In this document: positions 40,351 to 49,664 of the stretch, one piece after another
How positions within the stretch are numbered: the stretch's first letter is position 1
Layout of the letters: each line of letters starts with the position of its first letter
Source: Mycobacterium sp.
Lineage (GTDB): Bacteria > Actinomycetota > Actinomycetes > Mycobacteriales > Mycobacteriaceae
DNA: 57,655 nucleotides
Reading direction: 5' to 3' (one strand)
NCBI GenBank assembly: GCA_032161845.1
Contig: JAVRQA010000526.1
Made by a program: the position numbers and the translations under genes
Notes under the pieces: generated by a model
Database searches by the model: none
Seen by the model: only the letters and a program-made list of their open reading frames with translations
What the model was told of the DNA's origin: nothing

Positions 40351-41347
40351 CGGTAGTCGCCGGCTTGCCGTCCTCGCTGCCGTCCTGGACGCCGCCTGCG
40401 GCAATCTTGTCGACGACGGCCAGGCCCGTTGCGTCGATCGTGCCGAACACCGTGTACGTCGGCGGCAACTGAGAGTCCTTGTAGACCAAGAAGAATTGGC
40501 TGCCGTTGGTGCCCTGTCCGGCGTTCGCCATCGCGAGGGTGCCCCGCGGGTACACCACCGGCGTCATCACCGCCGGATCGGCGAGGCGGTATTGATTCGT
40601 CGGGTACTCGTTCGGGAATCGATACCCGGGCCCGCCAGTGCCGTCACCACTCGGGTCACCACACTGCAGCACACCGAGAGCGCTCGACGTGGTGAGCCGG
40701 TGGCACGGAGTCTTGTCGAAGAAACCCTGCTGAGCCAGGCTGACGAAGTTGTTGACCGTGCATGGCGACTTACCGTTGTCGAGGCTGACGCCGACCGCGC
40801 CGTCGTTGGTGACGATCGTGGCCTCAACCGTCTCGGGCGTGGTGGGAACGCGACCCGTCCGCGGCGGCTTGACCGGCTTGCTGGTCGGTTCCGTCGTGGC
40901 TGGGTACTGACAGTTTGCGCCGAGGGTGGCCGACGGCTTGAAGGGCGGCAGCGGCTGATTCGGCAGCGGCTGGCCCGTGGCGGTCGAGCCAGGGTGGTCC
41001 CGGCTGAAGTCCTCGGCGATGCGGACCAGGAAACTGGCGAAGACGACGGTGGCGACGACGGCCACCACGGTCAGCACCGCGACCACGTAGCTGATCACCA
41101 GCCCGGCGATGGCGAGGCCGTGACCGCCCTCGTTGTTCTTCCTGATCTGCGACAGCGACATGTGGCCGAACACGATGCCCAGCGGGAAGAACAGAAATGC
41201 GCAAATCAGCGATGCGATCGCCAGGCCGTTGGTATTCGGCGGCTGCGGGTAGGGCGGGTAGTACGGCGAGTAGCCCCCAGGGCCGGGTGCCGGGCCGGGC
41301 GGTGTCGGCGGGTACTCCCCGTACGGCGGGGGAGGCGGGATGGTCAC
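40322..41347 (-). CDS. Cyclophilin-type PPIase with Pro/Tyr-rich tail and DUF4190-like TM hairpin
   Basis: NTNGLAIASLI..GIVFGH..LSQI..G.GLAIAGL, then CHRL, LQCGDP, GTLAMAN, NGSQFF. Confidence 0.88.
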   Translation of the reverse strand: MTIPPPPPYGEYPPTPPGPAPGPGGYSPYYPPYPQPPNTNGLAIASLICAFLFFPLGIVFGHMSLSQIRKNNEGGHGLAIAGLVISYVVAVLTVVAVVATVVFASFLVRIAEDFSRDHPGSTATGQPLPNQPLPPFKPSATLGANCQYPATTEPTSKPVKPPRTGRVPTTPETVEATIVTNDGAVGVSLDNGKSPCTVNNFVSLAQQGFFDKTPCHRLTTSSALGVLQCGDPSGDGTGGPGYRFPNEYPTNQYRLADPAVMTPVVYPRGTLAMANAGQGTNGSQFFLVYKDSQLPPTYTVFGTIDATGLAVVDKIAAGGVQDGSEDGKPATTVTIESVRLD

Positions 41348-41367
41348 GGCGGCAGCCCGGTCCGGCG

Positions 41368-42267
41368 TCAGTCCAGCTGGAGTGACTTGATTTGCACGGA
41401 CGTCTTCGGTGCGCCGTCGTCTGATCCGCGATCACCCGGCACGACGCCGCCCGCGGCGATCTTGTCGAGGGTGGCCAGACCCGTCGCGTCGATCGTGCCG
41501 AACGCGGTGTAGTTCGGCGGCAGCTGCGAATCCTTGAAGACGAGGAAGAACTGGCTGCCGTTGGATCCGGCCGCTCCCGTGTTGGCCATGGCCAACGTTC
41601 CCCGCGGGTACACCACCGGGGACTGCAGGGCTGGGTCGTCGGGCTGGTACTGGTTGGTCGGGTACTCGTTGACGAAGCCGTAGCCGGGTCCGCCGGTGCC
41701 CTTGCCGGTCGGGTCGCCGCACTGCAGGACCGAAAGGCCAGGTGACGTCGTCAGCCGGTGGCAGGGAGTGTCATTGAAGTAACCCTGCTGCGCCAGGCTG
41801 GCGAAGCTGTTCACCGTGCACGGCGCCTTGGCGTTGTCGAGCTGCAGCCCGATGTTTCCCTGCGAGGTGGTCAGGCTGGCGCTGATTTCGGCAGGCTCGG
41901 TCGGCACCTTGCCCGTATGGGGCGGGTTGTTCTTCTTGCTGGCGGGTTCGCCCGGTGTCGCCGGGTATTCGCAGTCGGCGCCCAAGTTGGCTGGGGCGAC
42001 GAACGGGGGAAGGGCGGCACCGCCCGGCGGCGGCTGCGTCGGTGCCGCGCCGGTCGTCGAGGTGGTGGTATCGGCCGACGCGTTGGTGTCGGGACTCTTC
42101 GAGGTCAGAATGACGGTCGCGACGACGGCGCCGATGACCAGCAGCACGCCCGCGGCGGAACCGATGATGGTGAAGAGACGACGCCTGCGTTCCTGGACGG
42201 CGCGGCGTTCCAGCTGCCGCTCCAGTTTGCGCTTGGCTGTCGCTCGCCGCTGTTCGTTGGTCGGCAC
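41368..42267 (-). CDS. ppiB: Peptidyl-prolyl cis-trans isomerase B
   Basis: MPTNEQRR..AKRKLERQL, TM anchor, cyclophilin motifs; divergent from the MBL-hisS operon. Confidence 0.9.
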   Translation of the reverse strand: MPTNEQRRATAKRKLERQLERRAVQERRRRLFTIIGSAAGVLLVIGAVVATVILTSKSPDTNASADTTTSTTGAAPTQPPPGGAALPPFVAPANLGADCEYPATPGEPASKKNNPPHTGKVPTEPAEISASLTTSQGNIGLQLDNAKAPCTVNSFASLAQQGYFNDTPCHRLTTSPGLSVLQCGDPTGKGTGGPGYGFVNEYPTNQYQPDDPALQSPVVYPRGTLAMANTGAAGSNGSQFFLVFKDSQLPPNYTAFGTIDATGLATLDKIAAGGVVPGDRGSDDGAPKTSVQIKSLQLD

Positions 42268-42380
42268 CGCGTGGTCCTCCTCGTATTCGTGATCGGCAAC
42301 GAGTGTGCCAGCAATGTCTGAGAAGAGGTGCCGCGACCCTTGAATAGGGTGGAGATGCGATGGATGGGAAACTGGTCGAC

Positions 42381-43046
42381 GTGTTCATCACGGGGTTTCC
42401 GGCAGGGATGTTGCAATGCAACTGCTATGTGCTGGCGGCCAAGCAGGGCGCCGACGCCATCATCGTCGACCCTGGCCAACGGGCGATGGGACCATTGCGT
42501 CGGATCCTCGACGAGAACCGACTGACCCCGGCGGCCGTCCTACTGACCCACGGGCACATCGATCACATCTGGTCGGCCCAGAAGGTAGCCGACACCTACG
42601 GTTGCCCGGCGTTCATTCATCCCGAGGACCGGGTCATGCTGACCGATCCCATCAAGGGGTTCGGACCCCGGCTGGCCCAGTTGGCCATGTCGACGATGTT
42701 CCGTGAACCCCGCCAGGTCGTCGAACTCGACCGCGACGGCGACAAGATCGAACTGGGTGGCTTCACCGTCACCGTCGATCACACTCCGGGGCATACCACC
42801 GGGTCGGTCGTCTTCCGGGTGGCCTCTGGCCCGTCCGAGTTGGCCTTCACCGGGGATACCCTGTTCAAGCAGTCGATCGGCCGAACCGACCTGTATGGCG
42901 GCAGCGGCCGCGACCTGCTCACCTCGATCGTGTCAAAACTGTTGGTGCTCGATGACGACACCGTGGTACTACCTGGCCATGGCCCGAAGTCCACGATCGG
43001 CGCCGAACGCCGCACCAACCCTTTCCTCGAAGGACTCGACAGTTGA
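42381..43046 (+). CDS. MBL-fold hydrolase (glyoxalase II-like, Rv2581c-like)
   Basis: THGHIDH, TPGHT, FTGDTLF..SIGRTD, PGHG; start at GTG 42381 (ATG 42360 also in frame). Confidence 0.9.
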   Translation: MFITGFPAGMLQCNCYVLAAKQGADAIIVDPGQRAMGPLRRILDENRLTPAAVLLTHGHIDHIWSAQKVADTYGCPAFIHPEDRVMLTDPIKGFGPRLAQLAMSTMFREPRQVVELDRDGDKIELGGFTVTVDHTPGHTTGSVVFRVASGPSELAFTGDTLFKQSIGRTDLYGGSGRDLLTSIVSKLLVLDDDTVVLPGHGPKSTIGAERRTNPFLEGLDS

Positions 43047-44302
43047 GTGAGTTTCAGGCGCCCAAGGGCATTCCGGATTACCTGCCTCCGGACTCCGCGC
43101 AGTTCGTCGCGGTCCGTGACGGACTGCTCGACGCTGCTCGCCGCGCCGGCTACGGCCATGTCGAACTGCCGATCTTCGAGGACACCGCGTTGTTCGCGCG
43201 CGGTGTGGGCGAGTCGACGGACGTGGTCAGCAAGGAGATGTACACCTTCGCCGACCGCGGCGAGCGGTCGGTGACACTGCGGCCCGAGGGCACGGCGGGC
43301 GTGATGCGCGCCGTCATCGAACACGGCCTCGACCGCGGACAGTTGCCGGTGAAGCTGCGCTACTCCGGCCCGTTCTTCCGCTACGAGCGGCCGCAGGCGG
43401 GACGGTATCGCCAGCTGCAACAGGTCGGCGTCGAGGCGATCGGGGTGGACGATCCCGCGCTGGACGCCGAGGTCATCGCCATCGCCGACGCCGGATTCCG
43501 ATCGCTCGGGCTCGAAGGGTTTCGGCTCGAGCTGACCTCCCTTGGTGACGAGACGTGTCGCCCGCAATACCGGGAGTTGTTGCAGGAGTTCCTGTTTGGC
43601 CTCGACCTTGATGAGGACACCCGTCGTCGCGCCGAAATCAACCCGCTACGGGTGCTCGACGACAAGCGCCCCCACGTGCGCGAGATGACGGCTGCGGCGC
43701 CGCTGATGCTGGATCACCTCTCCGACGTCGCCCAGCAGCACTTCGACACCGTAAGGGCCCATTTGGACGCGTTGGGCGTCCCGTACGTCATCAACCCGAG
43801 AATGGTGCGCGGGTTGGACTACTACACCAAGACGACGTTCGAGTTCGTGCACGACGGGCTCGGCGCGCAGTCGGGCATCGGCGGCGGTGGCCGCTACGAC
43901 GGTCTGATGAAGCAACTCGGTGGGCAGGACCTCTCGGGCATCGGCTTCGGTCTCGGCGTCGACCGCACGGTGCTGGCACTTGCGGCCGAGGGCAAGTCGG
44001 TCGGGGAGACCTCGCGCGTCGACGTGTACTGCGTGCCACTCGGGAGCGCGGCCAAGCGGGTGCTGGCCACGCTCGCGAAGGAGCTGCGGGCCTGTGGTGT
44101 CCGCGTGGACTTGGCCTACGGCGACCGTGGACTCAAGGGCGCGATGCGCGCCGCCGATCGTTCGGGCGCGCGGCTCGCGCTGGTGGCGGGTGACCGCGAC
44201 ATCGAGGCGGGAACCGTCGGCGTCAAGGAACTCGGCACGGGGGAGCAAGTCGACGTTGGTGCCGACGCCGTCGTGGCCGAGATCGTCTCCCGCTTGGCCT
44301 GA
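43043..44302 (+). CDS. hisS: Histidine--tRNA ligase
   Basis: [36 protein letters not shown]; TTG start overlapping the upstream TGA. Confidence 0.98.
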   Translation: MSEFQAPKGIPDYLPPDSAQFVAVRDGLLDAARRAGYGHVELPIFEDTALFARGVGESTDVVSKEMYTFADRGERSVTLRPEGTAGVMRAVIEHGLDRGQLPVKLRYSGPFFRYERPQAGRYRQLQQVGVEAIGVDDPALDAEVIAIADAGFRSLGLEGFRLELTSLGDETCRPQYRELLQEFLFGLDLDEDTRRRAEINPLRVLDDKRPHVREMTAAAPLMLDHLSDVAQQHFDTVRAHLDALGVPYVINPRMVRGLDYYTKTTFEFVHDGLGAQSGIGGGGRYDGLMKQLGGQDLSGIGFGLGVDRTVLALAAEGKSVGETSRVDVYCVPLGSAAKRVLATLAKELRACGVRVDLAYGDRGLKGAMRAADRSGARLALVAGDRDIEAGTVGVKELGTGEQVDVGADAVVAEIVSRLA

Positions 44303-44324
44303 CGCCTACAGCTCGAGCGAGCGC

Positions 44325-44864
44325 TCAGCGTGGCTGGCTGAACACCACGGCGGTCAGGATGTCGTCCAGATTGCCGATCCCGCCGTTGAACGGGTTGCCG
44401 CGCTTGATGATCCGGCTACCGCCTGGAGTCACCGCTACCAGCGAGGGGGAGCTCGAGGCGAGCTGCATGCGATTCTGGAATCGGACGTGATCGAGCGGCG
44501 CCACCACGACGCCATCGGCATCGGCGTACACCCGACGGGCACGGTCGAACACCGCAACGGGCCGGTAGCCGCTCAGCGGCCGCGTCCTCGCCCGGCGGAT
44601 CCGGCTGAGAGCGGCCACTGCGAAGCCGGCGAAGGCGATGCCGACGACCAGGAAGATGGCGCCGAGGCACCAGGGCACGCTCGCCGGGATCATCAGGCTC
44701 ACCGCGCCGAAACCGCCGAAGACCAACGCCAGCACCCCAAGGACGAACGCGCCGGTCGCCAGCGGCCCTGTGCCGCGATCGACGATGACGACGAGCGGCC
44801 CACGTTCGGCAATCACCAGGCCACCGATCTCTGCGACGATGCGCGGTTCCACGGGCGCCGTCAT
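44325..44864 (-). CDS. Hypothetical membrane protein (2 TM plus cytoplasmic domain)
   Basis: Two hydrophobic helices followed by an Arg-rich segment; fills the gap between hisS and dtd. Confidence 0.7.
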   Translation of the reverse strand: MTAPVEPRIVAEIGGLVIAERGPLVVIVDRGTGPLATGAFVLGVLALVFGGFGAVSLMIPASVPWCLGAIFLVVGIAFAGFAVAALSRIRRARTRPLSGYRPVAVFDRARRVYADADGVVVAPLDHVRFQNRMQLASSSPSLVAVTPGGSRIIKRGNPFNGGIGNLDDILTAVVFSQPR

Positions 44865-44912
44865 GCCAGGAGTGTGCCACTACGGCCGACGCACATGGCA
44901 ACATCGGCGGGC

Positions 44913-45344
44913 GTGCGGGTTCTGGTGCAACGGGTGACCTCGGCCCGCGTCCTGGTGGATGGTGCGGTGGTCGGCGAGATTGCGCCCGCCGGGCAGGGGC
45001 TCCTGGCCCTGGTCGGCGTCACTCACGACGACGACGCGGATGTCGCCCGCCGGATGGCCGAGAAGATGTGGCGACTGCGGATTCTCGACCACGAGCGTTC
45101 CGCCGCCGACGCCCACGCTCCGATCCTGGTGGTCAGTCAGTTCACGCTCTACGCCAACACCGTGAAGGGCCGAAGGCCGTCGTGGAATGCGGCGGCGCCC
45201 CGAGCCGTCGCCGAACCGGTTCTGACGGCCTTCGGAGATGCGCTGCGGCACCTCGGAGCACATGTCGAGACGGGGGTCTTCGGCGCTGACATGGCCGTCG
45301 AACTCGTGAACGACGGTCCGGTGACGGTACTCCTGGAGCTCTGA
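44913..45344 (+). CDS. dtd: D-aminoacyl-tRNA deacylase
   Basis: [27 protein letters not shown]. Confidence 0.95.
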   Translation: MRVLVQRVTSARVLVDGAVVGEIAPAGQGLLALVGVTHDDDADVARRMAEKMWRLRILDHERSAADAHAPILVVSQFTLYANTVKGRRPSWNAAAPRAVAEPVLTAFGDALRHLGAHVETGVFGADMAVELVNDGPVTVLLEL

Positions 45345-45410
45345 CCGACGGCGTTGGAGACCGATGGGGCACGCCGTAACGATCCGGTACCGTCGGGCGA
45401 TGTGACGGTC

Positions 45411-45839
45411 ATGCGAACAGGAACGAACAAGATTGGGGCAGCCCTCGGAGTGGCGGCGTTGGTGGCAGGCGCAGGGCTGGTGAGCCCGGCCATGGCGAAC
45501 GCCGAGCCAGCCGGGCACCAGGTCCGATACACGCTTACCTCGGCGGGCGATGCGGACTTCGATCTCTACTACCTGGTGACGCAGCCCGCGAGCAAGGAGG
45601 CGTACAACGCCGACTCCTACGCCTACCTGAAGAAGGAACAGATCACTCTGGGGGCGGGTCAGCCCTGGGTGTTCGAAACCACGCTCGCGGATCCGCAGTG
45701 GGCGATCCTGACGGTCAGCAGCACCACGCACGGTGGCCGTGCCGCGCCGAATCCGCACTGCGACATCACCGTTGATGGTCAGGTGGCCGTGCAGCAGGAC
45801 GCCCCGTACAACCTGCAGTGTCAGCTCGGGCAGTGGTGA
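45411..45839 (+). CDS. Secreted protein with MmpS-like two-Cys beta domain
   Basis: Signal peptide ending AMANA-EP, VRYTLT, HCDITVDGQ..QC. Confidence 0.7.
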   Translation: MRTGTNKIGAALGVAALVAGAGLVSPAMANAEPAGHQVRYTLTSAGDADFDLYYLVTQPASKEAYNADSYAYLKKEQITLGAGQPWVFETTLADPQWAILTVSSTTHGGRAAPNPHCDITVDGQVAVQQDAPYNLQCQLGQW

Positions 45840-45867
45840 CGAGCCGCTAAACCGCTCCTACAACGAA

Positions 45868-45903
45868 CTAAGGGCTGGCAAGGTTTCCCTTGCCAGCCCT
45901 TAG
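45868..45903 (-). terminator. Intrinsic terminator hairpin between convergent genes
   Basis: Perfect 16-bp stem CTAAGGGCTGGCAAGG/CCTTGCCAGCCCTTAG with 4-nt loop; followed by TTCGTTGT on the minus strand, 12 nt after the csp stop. Confidence 0.85.
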
Positions 45904-45915
45904 AACGTGAAGTTC

Positions 45916-46119
45916 TTAGATCGCGGTAACTCCGGTGGCCTGTGGGCCCTTCGCACCTTGTCCGACGTCGAACTGAACTCGCTGAGCCTCTTCCAGCGAG
46001 CGGTAGCCGCCGCCTTGGATCTCAGAGTAGTGGACGAAGACATCCGGGGAGCCGTCGTCGGGGGCGATGAAGCCGAAGCCCTTTTCGCTGTTGAACCATT
46101 TCACAGTTCCCTGTGCCAT
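45916..46119 (-). CDS. Cold-shock protein (CspA family)
   Basis: [15 protein letters not shown] (RNP1), DVFVHYS (RNP2), 67 aa; TAGACT -10 candidate at 46170-46175 on the minus strand. Confidence 0.96.
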   Translation of the reverse strand: MAQGTVKWFNSEKGFGFIAPDDGSPDVFVHYSEIQGGGYRSLEEAQRVQFDVGQGAKGPQATGVTAI

Positions 46120-46234
46120 ACCGTTTTACTTCTTTCATCAGGAACGGATGTGTCTTACACCCGCCGCAAAGTCTACTGCACAAACCGCTGCTCATCCCAC
46201 CAAAAATCGTCAAAACTCGTGGATTGACTTTCAT

Positions 46235-46250
46235 TCGAACATATGTTCGC
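46235..46250. promoter_or_regulatory. LexA SOS box TCGAACATATGTTCGC
   Basis: 11/12 match to TCGAAC-N4-GTTCGA, 7 nt upstream of the radical SAM ATG; TTGACT at 46224-46229. Confidence 0.88.
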
Positions 46251-46257
46251 ATAAATC

Positions 46258-47271
46258 ATGCGATGGGACGGCCAGGGCATCGGTGTCGACGACGGGTCTC
46301 TGCCCGGTCTGCAGCGCCTCGGATTTGTGCGATCGGTCCGGACGCCGCAGTTCGAGGGCATGACGTTCCATGAACTGTTGTGCAAATCAGCCCTCAACAA
46401 GGTGCCCAACGCCACCAACCTGCCGTTCCGGTTCACCGTCAATGCCTATCGCGGTTGCAGTCACGCCTGTCGGTACTGCTTCGCCAGGCCAACGCATGAA
46501 TATCTGGACTTCGACAGCGGCGAGGACTTCGACACCCAGGTCGTGGTGAAGACCAACGTCGCCGAGGTGTTGCGCAGGGAGCTGTCGCGGAGGTCGTGGA
46601 CGCGCGAGACGGTTGCGCTCGGCACGAACACCGATCCCTACCAGCGGGCCGAGGGGCGCTACGCCCTGATGCCGGGAATCATTGCCGCACTTGCTGATTC
46701 GGGCACGCCGTTCTCGATCCTCACCAAGGGCACGCTGCTGCGGCGTGACCTGGCACTAATCGTCGATGCCGCTCGGACCGTCGACGTCAGCGTTGCGGTG
46801 TCCCTGGCGGTGGGTGATCCCGGCCTGCACGCGGACGTGGAGCCCGGCACGCCGACGCCCCGTGCGCGGCTGGACTTGATCCGGGCGATCCGCGCCGCCG
46901 GACTCGATTGTCACGTGATGGTTGCCCCGGTGCTGCCGATGCTGACCGATTCGACCGAGCACCTCGACGCGTTGCTTGGACAGATCGCGGCCTCGGGCGC
47001 CACCAGCGCGACGGTGTTCGCACTACACCTGCGCGGTGCGACGCGCGGCTGGTTCATGGCGTGGCTGGCGCGGTCGCGTCCGGAGTTGGTTGGCCAGTAC
47101 CAGCAGCTATACGGGCGGGGGGCGTATCTACCGGCGAGCTATCGCGACGAGTTGCGCGAGCGGGCGACGCCGATGATCGCCAAGTACGGGTTGACGGGTG
47201 ATCACCGCTCGTTTCGGGTGGCATCGGCGCCGCCGCCCGTCGCGGTGGAACCGCAGCCGACGCTGTTCTGA
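46258..47271 (+). CDS. Rv2578c-family radical SAM protein (SplB-like)
   Basis: CSHACRYC (CxxxCxxC), TNTDPYQ, ILTK; C-terminal QPTLF resembles a beta-clamp-binding motif. Confidence 0.93.
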   Translation: MRWDGQGIGVDDGSLPGLQRLGFVRSVRTPQFEGMTFHELLCKSALNKVPNATNLPFRFTVNAYRGCSHACRYCFARPTHEYLDFDSGEDFDTQVVVKTNVAEVLRRELSRRSWTRETVALGTNTDPYQRAEGRYALMPGIIAALADSGTPFSILTKGTLLRRDLALIVDAARTVDVSVAVSLAVGDPGLHADVEPGTPTPRARLDLIRAIRAAGLDCHVMVAPVLPMLTDSTEHLDALLGQIAASGATSATVFALHLRGATRGWFMAWLARSRPELVGQYQQLYGRGAYLPASYRDELRERATPMIAKYGLTGDHRSFRVASAPPPVAVEPQPTLF

Positions 47272-47346
47272 CCGCGGCTTGGCCGCTCGGCCGGCTCGGA
47301 CCCGCCAGGCTCTATTCAACACGTGTGGAAAGGGGCTTGTGCCGTC

Positions 47347-47388
47347 CGGTACCAAGGCGTACCGTCGAGCCGGTACATTTCCGTACCG
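47347..47388. promoter_or_regulatory. Tandem palindromic operators CGGTAC-N6-GTACCG (47347-47364 and 47371-47388)
   Basis: Two perfect copies with different spacers directly upstream of the P450 SD (GGAGG). Confidence 0.8.
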
Positions 47389-47403
47389 AACTGGAGGTGG
47401 GAC

Positions 47404-48762
47404 ATGGGCGTGGCCACGACAGATCCGGTGCGACTGCCTCCGGCGCCGCCGATCCCCAAGGCACTACAGGGGCTGGCGTTCCTGATCAACCGCGAGAAGG
47501 CCGTTGCCACCGTGGGACGGCGCTACGGCTCCGAGTTCACGCTCAACCTGCCGATCTTCGGCGAAGCCGTGGTGATCAGCGATCCCGCGCTGGTCAAGGA
47601 GCTCTTCACGATGAACACCGACCTCATCGCCCGCGCGGGCACTCTCGGCGACGTGCTCGGCCCCGGTTCGACCTTCAGCCTCGACGGCACGGCGCATCGG
47701 CAGCGCCGAAAGCTGTTGGTGCCGCCGTTCCATGGCAAGCGGATGCAGGGCTACGAGCAAATCGTCGAAGAAGAGGTACTGCGGGAGATCGCGACGTGGC
47801 AGGAGGGTGAGGAGTTCGCCACCATGCCGTCGATGATGCGGATCACGCTCAACGCCATTCTGCGGGCGGTCTTCGGGGCCGACGGTGCGGCACTCGAGGA
47901 GTTGCGCGAACTGCTGCCCGCAATGGTGCTGAAGTCGTCGCGACTCGCGGTGCTGCCACCGACCGTGCGGCGTGACCTCGGCCCGTGGAGTCCGGCAGGC
48001 CGGGCGGCGAAGCTGCGCCGACGCTATGACGCGATCATCTCGGGACTCATCGCCGACGCCCGCACGGATCCAGGGTTCGAAGAGCGCAGCGACGTTCTGG
48101 CTCTGCTGCTGCGCGCGCGGTACGACGACGGGTCGCCGATCTCCGACGACCACGTCGCCGACGAACTGCTCACGCTGCTTGCGGCGGGTCACGAGACCAC
48201 CGCGACCACCCTGGCCTGGGCGGTCGAACGATTGCGGCGCCACCCTCGGCTGCTCAGCCGACTCGCCGACGAGGTCGACGCAGGCGGTTCGGAGCTCCTG
48301 CAGGCCACCATCTTCGAGGTGCAGCGCACCCGGCCCGTCATCAATGCGACCGCGCGGCTGACCAAGACTCGAATCAGGCTGGGGGAGTGGGTCATTCCGG
48401 AACGTCACGTCGTCATGGTGAGCATCGGCCTGGCCCATGCCGCGGAGCGGAACTTCGCCGATCCCGCGGTGTTCGATCCGGACCGGTTCGTGGGCAACCC
48501 GCCCGACAACCATGCCTGGATTCCCTACGGTGGCGGCATCCGGCGCTGCATCGGGGCCGCCTTCGCCAACATGGAGATGGCGGTGACATTGCGAACCCTG
48601 TTGCGCGAGTTCGAGTTCCGCTCCACCTATGCCGCAGGAGAAGCTGCGCACTCCCGCGGTGTAGCGACCGCGCCTGGCCGTGGCGGGTTGGCGGTCGTCT
48701 ACCGCCGTGCGCCGCGGATCGCCGATGCGGTCAGCGCCGAGGCCGCGCAGGTCTCGGCGTGA
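47404..48762 (+). CDS. Cytochrome P450 (CYP138-like)
   Basis: AGHETT I-helix, EVQR (ExxR), FDPDRF, YGGGIRRCIG heme Cys. Confidence 0.93.
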   Translation: MGVATTDPVRLPPAPPIPKALQGLAFLINREKAVATVGRRYGSEFTLNLPIFGEAVVISDPALVKELFTMNTDLIARAGTLGDVLGPGSTFSLDGTAHRQRRKLLVPPFHGKRMQGYEQIVEEEVLREIATWQEGEEFATMPSMMRITLNAILRAVFGADGAALEELRELLPAMVLKSSRLAVLPPTVRRDLGPWSPAGRAAKLRRRYDAIISGLIADARTDPGFEERSDVLALLLRARYDDGSPISDDHVADELLTLLAAGHETTATTLAWAVERLRRHPRLLSRLADEVDAGGSELLQATIFEVQRTRPVINATARLTKTRIRLGEWVIPERHVVMVSIGLAHAAERNFADPAVFDPDRFVGNPPDNHAWIPYGGGIRRCIGAAFANMEMAVTLRTLLREFEFRSTYAAGEAAHSRGVATAPGRGGLAVVYRRAPRIADAVSAEAAQVSA

Positions 48763-49664
48763 CGGGCGAAGCCATCGTCGACGTTGGTCGTGGGATCGAG
48801 TTGTGTCACGACGGATTCGGCGATCCGGGCGACCCGCCGGTCGTGCTGATCGCCGGCCTAGGTCAGCAGAAGCACACCTGGCCTTCGGAATTCGCCGCGG
48901 GCATCGCGGAACACGGCTACCGGGTCATCCGATTCGACAATCGTGACGTGGGCCGGTCGACGCACGCCGACTTCCCGGCACCGAAGCCGTGGGCCATCCT
49001 GCACGGCGGCAGTGACGCACGGCAGTACCACCTCGGCGACATGGCGCGCGACACCGTCGGACTGCTGGATGCCCTCGGCTACCGTGACGCGCACTTCATC
49101 GGCGTCTCGATGGGTGGCATGATCGCCCAGACCGTCGCGGCCCACCACCCCGGACGGGTACGAACCCTGACCTCGATCATGTCGAACACAGGCGCGTCAC
49201 GCATCGGCCGTCCCGCCCCTTCGACGTGGTGGCGCATGGCCATCGCGCGGCCGGCCCGCAACCGAGCCGAGGCATGCGACGCAGCGGCGAAGATGTTCCG
49301 ACACATCGGATCACACGGGTTCCCCTTCGACGAGGAGTGGGTGCGCGACAAGGCGGGCATCGCCTGGGACCGTGACCCCACGTCTGCCGGTGTGACGCGC
49401 CAGTTGGCAGCCATCTTCGCATCGGGCGACCGCACCGCCGAACTCCGGCAGATCGACGTTCCGACGCTCGTCATCCACGGCGACCGTGACCGGATGGTGC
49501 ATCCGACCGGGGGCGCCGCTACCGCCAGGGCGATCCCCGGCGCGCGACGTGAAACGATCGCAGGCATGGGCCACGACTTGGCAGCCGGCGCGTGGGGTCG
49601 CCTGCACCACCTGATCAACGACCATCTCGACAACTCCACCGTGGGAAAGAAGGAACTTCGATGA
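48759..49664 (+). CDS. Alpha/beta hydrolase (LipG-like esterase)
   Basis: RFDNRDVGRS, GVSMGG, HGDRD, GMGHD; GTGA overlap. Confidence 0.88.
   Translation: MTGEAIVDVGRGIELCHDGFGDPGDPPVVLIAGLGQQKHTWPSEFAAGIAEHGYRVIRFDNRDVGRSTHADFPAPKPWAILHGGSDARQYHLGDMARDTVGLLDALGYRDAHFIGVSMGGMIAQTVAAHHPGRVRTLTSIMSNTGASRIGRPAPSTWWRMAIARPARNRAEACDAAAKMFRHIGSHGFPFDEEWVRDKAGIAWDRDPTSAGVTRQLAAIFASGDRTAELRQIDVPTLVIHGDRDRMVHPTGGAATARAIPGARRETIAGMGHDLAAGAWGRLHHLINDHLDNSTVGKKELR

Noticed and set aside
43920-44912. 474-aa ORF that seems to extend dtd upstream
   Set aside because: Overlaps hisS and the minus-strand membrane gene; Dtd motifs begin at 44913
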